Shown here one piece after another: positions 24,179 to 36,156 of a stretch of 64,000 nucleotides of DNA. Below the pieces are notes generated by a model. The model made no database searches. It was not told the DNA's origin and worked only from the letters and a program-made list of their open reading frames with translations. Location of the stretch: NCBI GenBank assembly GCA_965240325.2, contig OZ251233.1:1612001-1676000 (forward strand), written 5' to 3'. The DNA is from Rebecca billardiae RCC1528 (lineage: Eukaryota > Protista > Haptophyta). A program made the translations under genes and the position numbers. How positions within the stretch are numbered: the first letter of the stretch is position 1; every line of letters starts with the position of its first letter.

Positions 24179-24920
24179 TCAGAAGTGATGATGGCCCGGG
24201 GCGTCCTCTTCCATCGCCTCGGCGCTTCCAGGCGCCGCCGCGGTGGGCTGCGGCGGGAAGTACTTCTTACACACTCTGAGCAGCTTCTGGCAGCCCGCTG
24301 GACCACCCAGTCGTCGCTCACACCCGTCCACGATCTGGCAGTGGCACGGCGCCGGAACGCGCGCGTGGTTGCAGGCGAAGGGGCGTGTGGCGCTCAGCTT
24401 AGCACGGCGGCGCGTCGCACGCCACACGGATGCGCGCAGCACCGGCCGGCGCGCGCGCGCGCGCGCGCGCACCAGGTAGATGTCAACGAGCGCGCACGGC
24501 CGCAGGTTGATCAGCTGCAGCTTCTCCGCGGGCGTCAGCGGGTCGGGCAGCTTCGCCACCATCTTGTCGACCTCTTCGAGAAACGCGCTCACCACGGCCT
24601 CGGAGATGCCGGCGAGGTGGCAGCCGCCGAGGTAGAGCAGAGTCTGCTCCTGCAGCGTGCGAAGCTCGCGTAGGCCCGGCTGGGGCGCGCGCGGCTTCGT
24701 CCGACGCTCGCCGTTGATCAGCTCCGTCGCGTTCTCCGCCGAGCGCGTGCTTTCCTCCAGCAGCTGCCACACCTCTGCGTTGCTCACCACGCCCGCATTG
24801 TTGTCCTCGCTGGGGGGGGGACGGGCGAGAGGGGGCGCGCGCGCCGGGGAGGAGGTGGGTTGGGTGGGCGAAAGGGTGGGGTGCGCTGCGCCCGCCGCGA
24901 GCGCGCACGCACATGCGCAT
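24179..24920 (-). CDS. RPC9: RNA polymerase III subunit RPC9/C17 (Rpb4 family); exons 24913-24920, 24473-24809, 24179-24334
   Basis: Spliced product MRIEDNNAGVVSNAEVWQLL...LTPAEKLQLINLRPCALVDIYLIVDGCERRL matches RPC9 motifs; two GTGCG...CAG introns. Confidence 0.85.
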
Positions 24921-25132
24921 GCGAAGGGAGCTTGGTGGTCACCCTAAGCAGACCACACCGCGGCAGCCATCATGTCGGTGCGACCCGCGACGACGACGGG
25001 ACAGCAGTGTTCGGATCGGCCGGGAGTCCGGATGATGGCCGTTGTTTGACCTTGGTCAGAAAGTACAAAGCGAGGCAAGGGCTGCCGACGCCGAGCCGCT
25101 CCACGGCCGCCTCGCCTGCAAGCGGCGGCGGG

Positions 25133-28100
25133 ATGAGCCTCGAGCGGCGAGGGGCCACGCCCCTCGCGGCGTCGTTCACGCCGCCCATTTTATCAGCGAG
25201 CGCCGCGACCCGCCCCTGGACTCGCGGCACGGCACCGGCGCGCATCGGCCACGGCATCACGCAGCCTCGCGTGTTTGTCGTGCCGCGCAGCGCAGCGAGC
25301 AACCCGCCGCAGCACGCCGCAGTCGGCGGTGGCGGCGGCGAGGGCGAGGGCGTGGATCTGACGGGCCGGGAGGGGTGGCACACTCACCGCCTCCCGCCCC
25401 TGCCGGGCGGCCACAGGGGCGTCGTGCACCCGCTGCCCGCGCAGCCCGTGCTCGCGGCGCGCGTGCCGCCAGCCGGCGCGCCCGACGACGCGACGAGCTC
25501 GGCGGCGGCGGGCAGCGCGGGCGGCACGTGGGCATGGGTGCCGGCGCCTGAGGCGCGATCGGCGTACGCGCCATCGCCGATGCCCGTGCGCGCGTGCCCA
25601 CCCGCGCACGGCGCCCTCAGCCTGGTCCCGTCGGCCGAGCTCCGCGCGCCGCCGCCGCCACCGCCGCCATCGGAGCCGCCGCCGCCGCAGCGCGCGGACG
25701 AGGCGCTGAGTGGCGCGCCGCCGGCGAGTCGGCGAGGCTCGATGCCGTTCGCGATCGACGCGTCGGACGTGCCCGCCGAGTTGCGGCATAAGCTCGCCGG
25801 GCTCGCGCCGTCGCCGCAGGCGGACGCGCGCGCATTCGAGCACCTGCCGCCGAGCGCGAGCGCGCGCGCGAGCTTCGGCGCGGGGGCGCAGGGCGCGGCG
25901 GAAGGGAAGGTGTACTGGGCGCTCGTGCTCGTGTGCGACCGCTTCCTCGCGGACAAGCAGGCGCGCGCGCAGGAGGCCGCGCACGCGGCCGAGCAGCGGC
26001 GGCACGAGGCGCGCGCGGCCAAGGCGGCGCGCGCGTCGGCCGGCTCAGCCGACGGCGGCTCCGAGCGGCTTGGCTCGACGCTGCAGCGCGCGAGGAGCGC
26101 CCTGCCGCCGGACGTGCGCGAGATGGACCTGGGCGCGATGATGGGCGACGACATGCTCCGCTCGCCGCGCTGGCGCGAGCTCGTCCGCCTGCTGCGCCGC
26201 GCGCGGCTGCACACCCAGCTCGTCAAGTCTGCAAACAGCGAGCGGGAGTTTTTTTTGGTCGTGGGCGCCACCTTCGACAGGCTGGAGGAGGTGGCGGAGG
26301 CGAAGGAGTTCGAGCTTCGTTACAGGCCGATGGCGACACTGGAGAACGCCACCGGCTTCTCCACCGCCTCCACGCTCCTCGAGTCCTCCTTCGGCCTGTA
26401 CAAGCGCGGGCGCGCCGCGCGGTTCGCGCGCACGCGGCTGAACGGAGGCGAGAGCGTGTTCACCTCGTTGCTGGCGTGCCGGCTGGTCGAGGCGGCGGTG
26501 ACGGACGCGCTGCTCGAGGGCTCGCGCTGGGGCAAGACGCTCGCGCAGCTGGTGAACATGTCGAACGCGCTCACCGACTCGTTCTGGCTGCACGACGACG
26601 CCGAGCGCGCCGTCCTCGCCGAGGACCTCGGCTTTGACCATGCGCGGCAGCGGCTTGACTGCTCCGACCCCGGCCGCGGGTTTAGTCGGATCGACGAGCT
26701 CGCGCTCGAGCGGTGCCGCTCGTACTTTGGCGAGGCGGTGGCGTTCTACTTCGCGTGGCTCAACTTCTACACGCGCTCGCTCACGCTCCCCGCGCTGATC
26801 GGCATCCTCGTCTTCCCCGTGTACTGGCTCCGGCCCGCCCTTTACTACGAATGGCTGATTCTGCTGTATGCGGGCACCATGATGGTGTGGAGCGCCGCGT
26901 TCCTCGAGAAGTGGAAGGCGCGCGAGGCGCTGCTGCGGCGGCAGTGGAACATGGAGAACTTCGCCGAGGTGGAGGAGGAGCGCCGCGGCTTCCGAGGCGA
27001 CGACGACGACGGCTTCTACACGCCCGAGGGCCTGTGGGTGGCCGTGCACGACGCGGACCTCGCGCCCCTGCGCGCGCACGGGATGCAGATCGAGCCGCCG
27101 CGGCAGAAGCGCGCGTCTCGGCTCGCCAAGCGCGCCAAGGTGGTGATCTCGCTGCTCGTGCTCGGCGTGATGGCGGCGGGCTGCATCCTCACCACGCTGG
27201 GCATCCTCTGGTTCCGCGTGCGCGTCGAGGACCTCGAGTACGGCGGCGTGCGCATCGGCTCATACACCGCGGCCTTCATCAACGCACTCGCGATATCCAC
27301 CTTCAACGGCCTCTTCCGGGCGATCGCGCTCCGCCTGAACGACTGGGAGAACCACCGGCGCTCGTCGGAGTTCCTCAAGGCGCTCGTGTACAAGATGAGC
27401 GTGTTCCAGTTCATCAACTGCTACTCCACCCTCTTCTACATCGCGTTCGTCAAGCCGCTGCACGTGCGCGTTCTCTTCCTCGACGCTCGAGACTGCCTCG
27501 GCACCGAAGCGGCCGACAGCGGCCTGAGCGGCGTCGACGAGCGCTACGCCAACTGCTACGAGGAGCTGCGCACGCAGCTGCTGATGATCATGCTGCTCAA
27601 CCTCGTGCTCGGCACGGCGCAGGAGCTGCTGCAGGGGCGGCAGAACCGGCTGCGCGACCGGCTCCGCGAGCGCGTTGCCGACCTCGCCGCAGCCGTTTCC
27701 TCCGCGCTCGAGCGCGCGCGCGAGCGGCGCGCGGCTCGGCGCGCGGGCAGGCCGGTGCGCGCGCGGCGCTCGTCGTTCGAGCGCTGGGTGCGGCGCGGCA
27801 AGGTCCTCGTGCCGCCGCCGGTCGACGGCGGCGGGCGCCAAGCGCGCGGCAGCCCGGCCGCCGCGCGCCGCCGCGGTTCCTCCGGCAGCACCCCGCCCTC
27901 CTCCGCGCAGCAGCAGCAGCAGCCCTCGCCCGCCATCGCGCTCGCGCGCGCGGTCGAGACGCAGGAGGACACCGCGCTCACCACCTCGGAAGCGCACGGG
28001 CTCGGCGCCACGTTCTACGAGTACAACGAGATGGTGCTACAGTTCGGCTACCTCGCCATGTGCGCGCGCGCGCGCGCGCGCGCGGCGCAGCCACCCACCC

Positions 28101-28758
28101 AGCCGGGTCTGACGCGCCCCCGCCCGGCCCCGCGCCCCGCACGGAGTGCCCGCCAGGTTCGCCGTGGCGTTTCCGCCCGCCTCAATGCTCGCGCTCGGCA
28201 ACAACGTGCTCGAGGCGCGCACCGACTGGTACAAGCTGCTGTACGACTCGAAGCGCGTCAAGTGGGAGGGCGCGACCGGCATCGCGCCGTGGGACACGAT
28301 CCTGCGCGCCATCGAGATCGTGGGCGTGCTCACCAACATCGCCGTGTACTGGCTCGTCTCGCCCGATCTGCGCAGGCTCAACTGGGTGGTGCAGGTGCGC
28401 GCGCGCAGTGCGCCGTGCGCGCGGCGCCGCCGCAGCGCCGCGCCGCCTCACGACTCCGCGCCGGGTGCCGCCTCGCGCGCGCGTGCAGCTCATCATCGCC
28501 GGCTCGTCCGCCATGGTGATCTACATCGTCAAGGCCATCATCGGCGCGCTCGTGCCGGACGTGCCCGACTCCGTGAAGATCGCCGTCGCCAAGGAGCGCT
28601 GGCGCGTCGACCAGAAGATCAAGTGGGAGGAGCGCAAGATGAAGGAGGCGGCGGGAGGCACGGACGGCACGCACACGCCGTCGGATGACTCGGACGACTC
28701 GGGCTCCGATGACGCTTCCGAGCCCGCCGCAGCTGCTGAGGCTTCCCCGACGCGCTGA
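25133..28758 (+). CDS. Anoctamin/TMEM16 family channel or scramblase; introns 28060-28156 and 28395-28488
   Basis: RSYFGEAVAFYFAWLNFY, FLEKWKARE, LNDWENHR, FQFINCYSTLFYIAF, EYNEMVLQFGYLAMFAVAFP, NNVLEARTD, GIAPW. Confidence 0.93.
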
Positions 28759-29010
28759 GTAGCCAATGGTACAGTTTTCGTTCGTTATGACTATGGCTCA
28801 CCGTGAGTCAGCAGCACTGACACGACTGTGACTGTGACTGTCTCACTCCGTGCCACTCTCGGAACTGCTCGAGTGACGGCCGGCGCGGCGCAGTGCCGGC
28901 ACGGACCACAATAATCGGAGGCGCGGCCCTGTCGGTCGTCGGACTCGGAGCGGCTGGCACGGCCTCGGGCGGCGCCCTGCCGCGGACCGAGCCGGACGAT
29001 GTCCGAGACG

Positions 29011-29013
<3 letters not shown>

Positions 29014-29043
<30 letters not shown>
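29014..29043. repeat. (GA)n microsatellite
   Basis: Pure ga run seen directly. Confidence 0.9.
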
Positions 29044-29047
<4 letters not shown>

Positions 29048-29375
29048 CGCGTATATATACTATAGTGCTGACTGGTGTGCAAAACAATGGCTCTGACACA
29101 ATGAATTCACGACTGTGCTTGGATGGCGCGAGTCGCGCGGTCCTCGCCGGGCTCGCGGCCGCCTCGGAGCCTTCCGAAGGCACACGGAGACGCGACGCGG
29201 GTCGCTCCTGATACTCGACTGTGACCCCCGCGGGGTCCGCCTGCGCCGGTCGGAACCCACGCCTCGGGCTCGCAGACCATGAAACTCGGATCCTGGTGCC
29301 CACCGCCCTCCACGGGTACGGCGTCTTCGGCCCATCGCCACGCGCCTGACTCGGCGCCCCTCGGTGCACGTGCCC

Positions 29376-30122
29376 TCAGTTCTTGATGACGAGACTTTCG
29401 CTGCCGCGCCGCCGCTCATCTCGGGTCGCGGCGGCCGCGAGCACGCGCTGCTTGAAGTCGGTCGGCAGGTCGAGCTCGAGCGAGAGCAGGGCGAATGTCT
29501 GTCGCAGCCACTCCGGCGTGTGCTCGGTGAAGCACGTGAGGAAGAGGAGCCACAAAAACGGCGGCGCGAGCCCGTTCACCGCGACAAGCGGGTAGAAGAC
29601 GAGCGACGGGCGCATCGCCACGCGCAGCGCGAGGGCGGAGGAGAGGTAGTAGATGGAGCCGGCGCCGAAGAAGTAGCCGCCGAGGGCGAAGAACACCATC
29701 CCGGAGAACGGCGCCTTGTCTGTGTGCACGACGCGGAACTGCACGAGCGCGATCGCCGCGACCGTCGAGATGATGCCATTCCGGGTGTAACTCAAGTAGA
29801 GATTCTCAGTGGTGAGCCAGGTGTTCCACGCCTGCATGCGCGCCCGCTTCTCCCGGAGCTGGACGAGACGGCTCGCGTCGGTGGAGAGGCTGCGCGAGAT
29901 CATCCGGCTGATCAGCCCAGCGCCACTCGCCAGCTGCGACGCCAGCGTCGCGCGCGGCGCTGCAGTTGCGGCGAGCGCCGCGCACGGCGTCGAGAGTGAC
30001 CGAAGAGGCCGGGAGGCGTACGCAGGGCGGCACGTTGCGAGCGCAGACCGCGTGGCCGAGAACTGCGCCGCGCGCGACGGCGCGATGCGCGCCAACGCGC
30101 GAGCAGATGCCAACGCCATCAT
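29376..30122 (-). CDS. DUF202/YidH-like membrane protein with probable mitochondrial targeting peptide
   Basis: R/S/A-rich N-terminus; WLTTENLYLSYTRNGI resembles DUF202 LANERTFLAWxRT; three hydrophobic segments. Confidence 0.65.
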   Translation of the reverse strand: MMALASARALARIAPSRAAQFSATRSALATCRPAYASRPLRSLSTPCAALAATAAPRATLASQLASGAGLISRMISRSLSTDASRLVQLREKRARMQAWNTWLTTENLYLSYTRNGIISTVAAIALVQFRVVHTDKAPFSGMVFFALGGYFFGAGSIYYLSSALALRVAMRPSLVFYPLVAVNGLAPPFLWLLFLTCFTEHTPEWLRQTFALLSLELDLPTDFKQRVLAAAATRDERRRGSESLVIKN

Positions 30123-30663
30123 CTCCGCACGCAACGAACACGACTTCGCTCCGTCAAAGGGCAGACCGGTGCGTACCGGGCGAATCTCAATCCCGGTCGC
30201 AGGCTCCTATTTGCGGTCGAAACGCGAGGGATCTTGGGCGCGCGTGACTCTTCGCGAGAACCGCGCAGTGCGTGCGCGCCCACACGCAGCCACGCAGGCT
30301 GTGCGGCGCACAGCCTTGTGGTGCGCGCATTCCCTTGGGGGCTTGCTTTGACGAAGGCGGAGAACGAGCTGTATCTCGTCTGCCTTCTGCGTTTAACGCC
30401 CGACTTTTCCACGATCTTCGGCGCATCCAGGACCGGCTGATCATGATGAGTACAGTCAAGGACGTTGCAACCGCTTCAGCTTGGGTGCACCAGGTTTCAC
30501 GTGCCCGTTGCCGCCGCCGCCGTTCGTCAACCGTGCGGTGGCGACCACTGACGGGCGCCAACGGGCGCTGCCCGTTGACTCGCGTAACGTCGCGGTGCCG
30601 CTTGGCGCGCGAGAATCGAATAATTGATCGAAAGGGCAAGACGGCATTCCGGATTCCCCCGGC

Positions 30664-31896
30664 ATGGTGCGGTCGCGCTCGCGGTCGCCGGGCGGCGCGC
30701 CGGCGGTGACTCGAGCAGCTCTCGTCGCCGTGGCGTGCGCGAGCGCGTGTGCGCACGCGGCGCTCAGCCCGGCGGCGCTCCGCGCACGCCTCGCGCTCCC
30801 GCTGCCGCCGCGCGCGCGCGCGGGCGAGCGCGACGTGTATGCGGTAGGCGATGTACACGGCGACCTGCACGCGCTGCGCTCGGGGCTCGTCGCCGCGGGG
30901 GTGCTCGACGAGCGCGGCGAGTGCTGGGCTGCAGGAGACGCAGTGCTCGTGCAGACGGGGGACCTGCTCGACCGCGGGCCGGACGACTACGAGATCCTCA
31001 GATTCATGCGCGCACTCCGCAGGCAGGCGCGCGCGTGCGGCGGCGAGGTGGCGAGCGTGCTCGGCAACCACGAGGTGATGAACGTGCTCGGCGATTTCTC
31101 GTGCGTGCTCGACGCCTCCGCAAACGAGCCCTTCGACAGGCTCATGGCACGCTCGGCCGGCCGTGCGTGGGCGGCCGACGTCAGCGACGCTGAGCAGAGG
31201 CAGGAGCGTAGCCGCGCCGCCGCGCTCGCGCCAGGCGGCCTCGTGGCCCGCACGACGCTCGCCGCGCCCATCGCGCTGACGGTCGGCCGCACGCTCTTCG
31301 TGCACGGCGGGCTGCTCTCGAAGCACGTGCCCCACCTGCTCGAATGGAACGCAGCCGCGCACGCATTCGTCCGTGGCAACGCCCCGCTCCCCGTCGAGGC
31401 GCTCATGCGCGCCGACGCGCCGCTCTGGACGCGCCGGTACTCGCGCGAGCCGAGACCGGACGGCGAGGCGTGCACCGAGCTGCACGCGGTCCTCGCGGCG
31501 ACGGGCTGCGAGCGTATGGTGGTGGGGCACACGCCGCAGCCGTGCGGCGCGAACTGCGCGTGCGACGGCGCGGTCTGGCGCATCGACACTGGCATGAGCG
31601 ACTTCTACGGCGGCCGCGCCGAGGTGCTGCGCATCGGCTCAGACGGCGGGGTGGCCGTGGCGTCAGTCCACCCGCGCGCGGGCGATGCGGCGGGCCAGCC
31701 GGGTGCGGCGATGTGGGTGCCCGCCTCGGCGCGCAGCGTGGATGCTGCCGCCACCGATCGCAGCCCGCGCAGCGGAGCCGAGCTCGCCGCAGCTGCGCCG
31801 CAGAGCAACAGCCCTGGCATCGGCCGCACGGCAGGCTCCGTGCGCTCGTCTTCCGCTTCGGCGGCAGTATCATCCCGTGACCCGTTGGACTGCTGA
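30664..31896 (+). CDS. Shewanella-like protein phosphatase (PPP-type metallophosphoesterase)
   Basis: GDVHG, GDLLDRG, GNHE, HGG, GHTPQ and SLP-type IDTGMS motifs; hydrophobic leader. Confidence 0.9.
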   Translation: MVRSRSRSPGGAPAVTRAALVAVACASACAHAALSPAALRARLALPLPPRARAGERDVYAVGDVHGDLHALRSGLVAAGVLDERGECWAAGDAVLVQTGDLLDRGPDDYEILRFMRALRRQARACGGEVASVLGNHEVMNVLGDFSCVLDASANEPFDRLMARSAGRAWAADVSDAEQRQERSRAAALAPGGLVARTTLAAPIALTVGRTLFVHGGLLSKHVPHLLEWNAAAHAFVRGNAPLPVEALMRADAPLWTRRYSREPRPDGEACTELHAVLAATGCERMVVGHTPQPCGANCACDGAVWRIDTGMSDFYGGRAEVLRIGSDGGVAVASVHPRAGDAAGQPGAAMWVPASARSVDAAATDRSPRSGAELAAAAPQSNSPGIGRTAGSVRSSSASAAVSSRDPLDC

Positions 31897-32739
31897 TCAT
31901 CATCATTGATGCCGCTCCGCCAGGCTTCGCATCGTCCGGTCAATGTCGTCGTCGCCTTGATCATCTCATCGCGCCCGAAGCCCGCGTGCTGTGAATACTA
32001 ATAGTCTAAATAAAGGTATTGTTATTGTTATTAATATGTTAGTATATATATATATATATTAAAACTGAGTACATTTTTGAAATCGGTATGTACATAGTCG
32101 TCGTACGTATTATTGACCGCCGCGCACAGAGTCGAACTTGAGACGAATATAATAATGAACTTCAGCAACTAGCTTCAATGGGCGCCGTTGGTGAGTCGTC
32201 GCGGACGTCGCAGATCGCGGTCACACGGTGTCAATATATCTAACGTGTGCCGGTCCTTGAAGATTCGCGTACAGTTTACTATGATTTAACGTGCACACTT
32301 GGTTAAGGCGTGATTGACGCCATCCAACACTGCACAAAGACACCGCCACAAAACAGACCGGCGCAACGGTGATGAGTCAGGCCGCGTAAATTAAAATCTA
32401 AATGCTGTGAGTGGCGCCCTGCTTAGATAGATAGTGCCTTGACTGACTATTGTTAGTTAGTGCCTGCCGACTGATGGCGGCCACGTAACTGACGATGGGA
32501 TCATCGCTCGGGCAAGCACAGCACTGTCAGATGACGCGTAGAACCAGGCTCAATCTGATATTCAGATGAGTCTGCGCGGTCTTAAATTAAATTCGTGCGC
32601 GGCCACGCCGCCGTCTCGCGATGCACACCGATGCCATCGGTCAGGCGGCTGCTGTATATGCGGCTGTGCGCGCCTGGTGAGCCACGATCGTCGCACTTAA
32701 GCCTTGCTCTTCCAACCGTCGCTCAGATGACGCTGTCGC

Positions 32740-33318
32740 TCATGCTGCGGACGCCAGTGGCGGCAGCTGCGACAACGAGCCCGAGCCGCGACGGAAGCGG
32801 AGGCAGTCGGTCTTGGCGATGGGTGAGTACGGCGACGACGAGTCCCACGCCATGTCGAACTGGAGGTTCGCAAGGGGCTCGCCGGACTTGATCGCGTAGT
32901 TGGTAGCACCGGGCTTGTGCGGCGCCGGGTACGTCTTGGTCTGCAGCGGGAAGACGGCCGAGCGGAGCGCGCCATCGCCCGACTTGATCTGGACGGTGAG
33001 CAGCAGCTCGTCGCGCGTGCCCCTCTTGTTGGGGCGCACGCAGTCGGCGACCCACTCGCCTGACGCTGCGTTCTTGGAGTCAGAGGTACGAGCCAGGGGA
33101 ATCGAGCGGCCGCCGATGTCGGCCGCGAGCAGCTCGTTGCCCTCGGTCACGCTCAGCTGCGCGATGTAGGTCTCGCCCTCGCACAGCTTGAGTGTCTGCG
33201 GCTGGTCGAAGCGCGAACCGTCGTGCTTGAAGTGGACGAACTCGCCGGTCGACTTGATGCGGAGCGAGAGCGACACGTGCGCCTTCTCCTGCGATGCCGA
33301 GCGGCGGACGGTGGTCAT
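32740..33318 (-). CDS. CRIP1a/CNRIP1-like protein, copy A (192 aa)
   Basis: VSLSLRI...VHFKHDGSRFDQPQTLKLCEGETY...DIGGRSIPL...GEW...VRPNKRGTR...LQTKTY...GEPL aligns colinearly with recalled CRIP1a motifs (VFYKVDGQRF..RTIKL..GSSY; ISIGG; VTPTKSGER; WQVKFY; GSPF). Confidence 0.75.
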   Translation of the reverse strand: MTTVRRSASQEKAHVSLSLRIKSTGEFVHFKHDGSRFDQPQTLKLCEGETYIAQLSVTEGNELLAADIGGRSIPLARTSDSKNAASGEWVADCVRPNKRGTRDELLLTVQIKSGDGALRSAVFPLQTKTYPAPHKPGATNYAIKSGEPLANLQFDMAWDSSSPYSPIAKTDCLRFRRGSGSLSQLPPLASAA

Positions 33319-33682
33319 GTCTGAGTGTGGACGGGAAGTACGCGGACGCGGGGTCCTGGGACGGCGTGTCTGGCGCCTTGTTTTGGTGGCAGAATGAGGA
33401 GTCGAGGAAGCTCTGCAGCCGAACTTGTTCAGGAAGATCTCCAGGAAGGCCGAAACCAGCGTTGCTGTCCGGAGGAACCGGACGCAAGGCCGCCCGGGCC
33501 GGTCCTGGGCGGCGGCGGCTGGCCACTTGACCCAAAAACACCGGACGACCGTTTGGTTGCTCCGTGCTGCGCCACCTGCCGGCACCGAGCTTGAAACGAC
33601 GCGCCGAGCCTGCTCTTCCGCGCATCACAGCAACCCACCCGCAAACCAGGCGCCCGTCCCACCCTCGCTCGCCGCCGCACCG

Positions 33683-34285
33683 ATGTTCACCACCGCCCGC
33701 CGCTCGACTTCGATGGAGAAGGCGCATGTGTCGCTCTCGCTTCGCGTCAAGTCGACTGGAGAGTTTGTCCACTTCAAGCACGACGGCTCGCGCTTCGACC
33801 AGCCGCAGACACTTAAGCTGTGCGAGGGCGAGAGTTACGTTGTGCAGCTGTCCGCGACCGGTGACGAGGGTATCCAGCTGATCGCCGCCGACATCGGCGG
33901 CCGTAACATTGAGCTCACGCACGAGAAGGACCGGCGCAACTCTGCGACCGGCGAGTGGATCGCCGACTGCGTGCGCCCCACGAAGAGGGGCACGCGCGAC
34001 GAGCTGCTCTTCACCGTGCAGATCAAGTACGACGGTGCACGCCGCTCGGCCGTTTTCCCGCTGCAGGTGAAGACGTACGCAGCCCCGACTAAGAAGGGGG
34101 CTTCAAACCATGCGGTCACGTCCGGCGAGCCGCTGGCCCACCTCCAGTTCGACATGGCGTGGGACTCGTCGTCGCCATACTCACCGATCGCCAAGACCGA
34201 CTGCCTCCGCTTCAGCCGACGCTCCTCGTCGGCGCGGCTCAAGACGACTGAGCCCGCGGTGCCCGACGTGGCCTCGGCGGCGTGA
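33683..34285 (+). CDS. CRIP1a/CNRIP1-like protein, copy B (200 aa)
   Basis: Close paralog of 32740-33318 on the opposite strand; same motifs (VHFKHDGSRFDQPQTLKL, VRPTKRGTR, LQVKTY). Confidence 0.75.
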   Translation: MFTTARRSTSMEKAHVSLSLRVKSTGEFVHFKHDGSRFDQPQTLKLCEGESYVVQLSATGDEGIQLIAADIGGRNIELTHEKDRRNSATGEWIADCVRPTKRGTRDELLFTVQIKYDGARRSAVFPLQVKTYAAPTKKGASNHAVTSGEPLAHLQFDMAWDSSSPYSPIAKTDCLRFSRRSSSARLKTTEPAVPDVASAA

Positions 34286-34877
34286 GGATGGTTGAACGAG
34301 CTCAGGCTCTTTTTGCGCGTGGTCGCCCAACGCCGTGCATTATCGCGTCGGTACAGCTGCGGAAGGCCGTACGTCGGGCACGGGCCGCCCGGGGCCGATG
34401 CACGCGCTCGGCTATTGTGCGCCGCCAGACAAGGCCGCCCCAGTCCGCCTCCGGGGCTAATGGGCTTGGCACTCAGAAAGCCATACGCGCTTCGAGGCGC
34501 TGCTCAAATGAGCCCGTGCCTTGTCTCTAAGTGCGGCTGCACATTTAATAATAAACGTCGCAGCTGTAAATTAATTACGCGCCGCCATTATTCATTAATT
34601 CAATACGGGATTCCCCAGGAATGTGATTACAGGAGATTACAGGAGTATTACCAGCTTACAGTAGTCACCCCCGTGTAAGGATTAAGGTCCGACTGCCAGT
34701 GTCCCTCGGACCCGCAACGTCCTGATAATTCAGCATCATATCATTAAATTGTATAACGAGTAGTATTATAAAGAGCGTCAAGTGGTAGGTAGTATATTCG
34801 CGGGTAGTCAACCATTTAATCAGGGAGAGACGTCAGACGAGACGAGATCGATATTCGATTGTAATTAATGACGATGA

Positions 34878-34966
34878 CGAGAGAGAGAGAGAGCTAGAGA
34901 GAGAGAGAGACAGTCTCAACAGACAGACAGACAGACAGACAGAGAGCCAGACCTTAGACTACACTC

Positions 34967-34997
<31 letters not shown>

Positions 34998-35030
34998 TCG
35001 AGAGTGTGTGTGTGTGTGAGAGAGAGAGAG
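34878..35030. repeat. Compound microsatellite (GA)n/(GACA)n/(GT)n
   Basis: Adjacent ga, gaca and gt runs seen directly. Confidence 0.9.
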
Positions 35031-35168
35031 GATGCTGATCGATATATACTGCTACGACTGTGACAGTTCGCGCGTGATCGAAGATTCAGCTGACTATTTA
35101 TCGTCGGTCATCCGCCTCAATCCTCATCCGGGCTCCGGCGGACGACCGTTCAGAGAGTGACTACTGAC

Positions 35169-35933
35169 TCAGACTGGCTTCAGCTGCTTCATCATCGCCA
35201 TGAGTGCGCTGAAGTGCTCAGGGTCGTGAGCCCGAATGTGCGCAAGCAGCTTGTTTCCACCACTTGCACGTGCCTCCACGCCGAGCTGCTCACGCGCAAA
35301 AGCCTCGAGGGCGGCGCGCGTGCGTGAGACGGCCTCCTCTGCGCTGCCGGCTGGCAGGCACAGCTCCAGCTCGCCGACGCGCTCGTTGAGGCTGACCTCG
35401 AGGTCCAGGTCGACGTGCACGCGCCCGAGCTCGGCCCCGCCATCAATGTCATACGAAACGCGGTCCGTCCTGAGCGAAGCGAACGGCGCGATTCCGGCGG
35501 CCGCCAGCGCATCCTCCAGCGAGCCGCCATCCAGGGAGAGCGGCGTGGCCGGGGAGAGCGCGGCATTCAGGACACGCACGATCTCCTGCTCGTCCCTGGT
35601 CTCCGTGTACACCGATGGTTCGTTCATGCTGATCGGATGCTTCAGCTCGTAACGACCCTGCCGCCGTCGCAGCCACAGGTTCTTGAGCGTGAGCTCGTGA
35701 GCAGCGTCGCCCGCATCCAAGTACACGTCATCAATTGACGTGCGCGACGGCGGCTCCTTCGCAAGCTGTGCGATGCGTTGCTCGACCTCCACGTCCCACG
35801 CGAACCGTACCTCCACCTCCACGTGATCAGCGCCTTGGTCGCCGGCGGTCATGTGCGTGCGAGGAGGGCGACCCGCGAGCAGGAGTGGCAGGACGAGCTT
35901 GGAGAGGTGGAGCACTGCTGATTGCACAGTCAT
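35169..35933 (-). CDS. THTPA: Thiamine triphosphatase-like CYTH-domain protein
   Basis: VEVEVRF (ExExK-like), DVYLD, LWLRRR...YELK, YTE, RVSY, VDLD, VGELE and C-terminal KLLAHIRAHDPEHFSAL. Start codon uncertain. Confidence 0.8.
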   Translation of the reverse strand: MTVQSAVLHLSKLVLPLLLAGRPPRTHMTAGDQGADHVEVEVRFAWDVEVEQRIAQLAKEPPSRTSIDDVYLDAGDAAHELTLKNLWLRRRQGRYELKHPISMNEPSVYTETRDEQEIVRVLNAALSPATPLSLDGGSLEDALAAAGIAPFASLRTDRVSYDIDGGAELGRVHVDLDLEVSLNERVGELELCLPAGSAEEAVSRTRAALEAFAREQLGVEARASGGNKLLAHIRAHDPEHFSALMAMMKQLKPV

Positions 35934-36156
35934 GCGGCCATGCTGAATTGCTAATCCGCGATTCCGAATCCGGGCGGCACGCGCGTCACGGGTGCGCACT
36001 GAATGAACAAGGGCGGAGATTCTTGGTCAAATGAACAACAAAGCTACTGTCTGAGTGTCTGTAACTAAGACTACTACCCCCATACTGTCACTGAGTCTTG
36101 CTGATGCTCCTGACTGACTACGATGACGCAGCTGTGCCGATCAGTGAGAACGCTGC

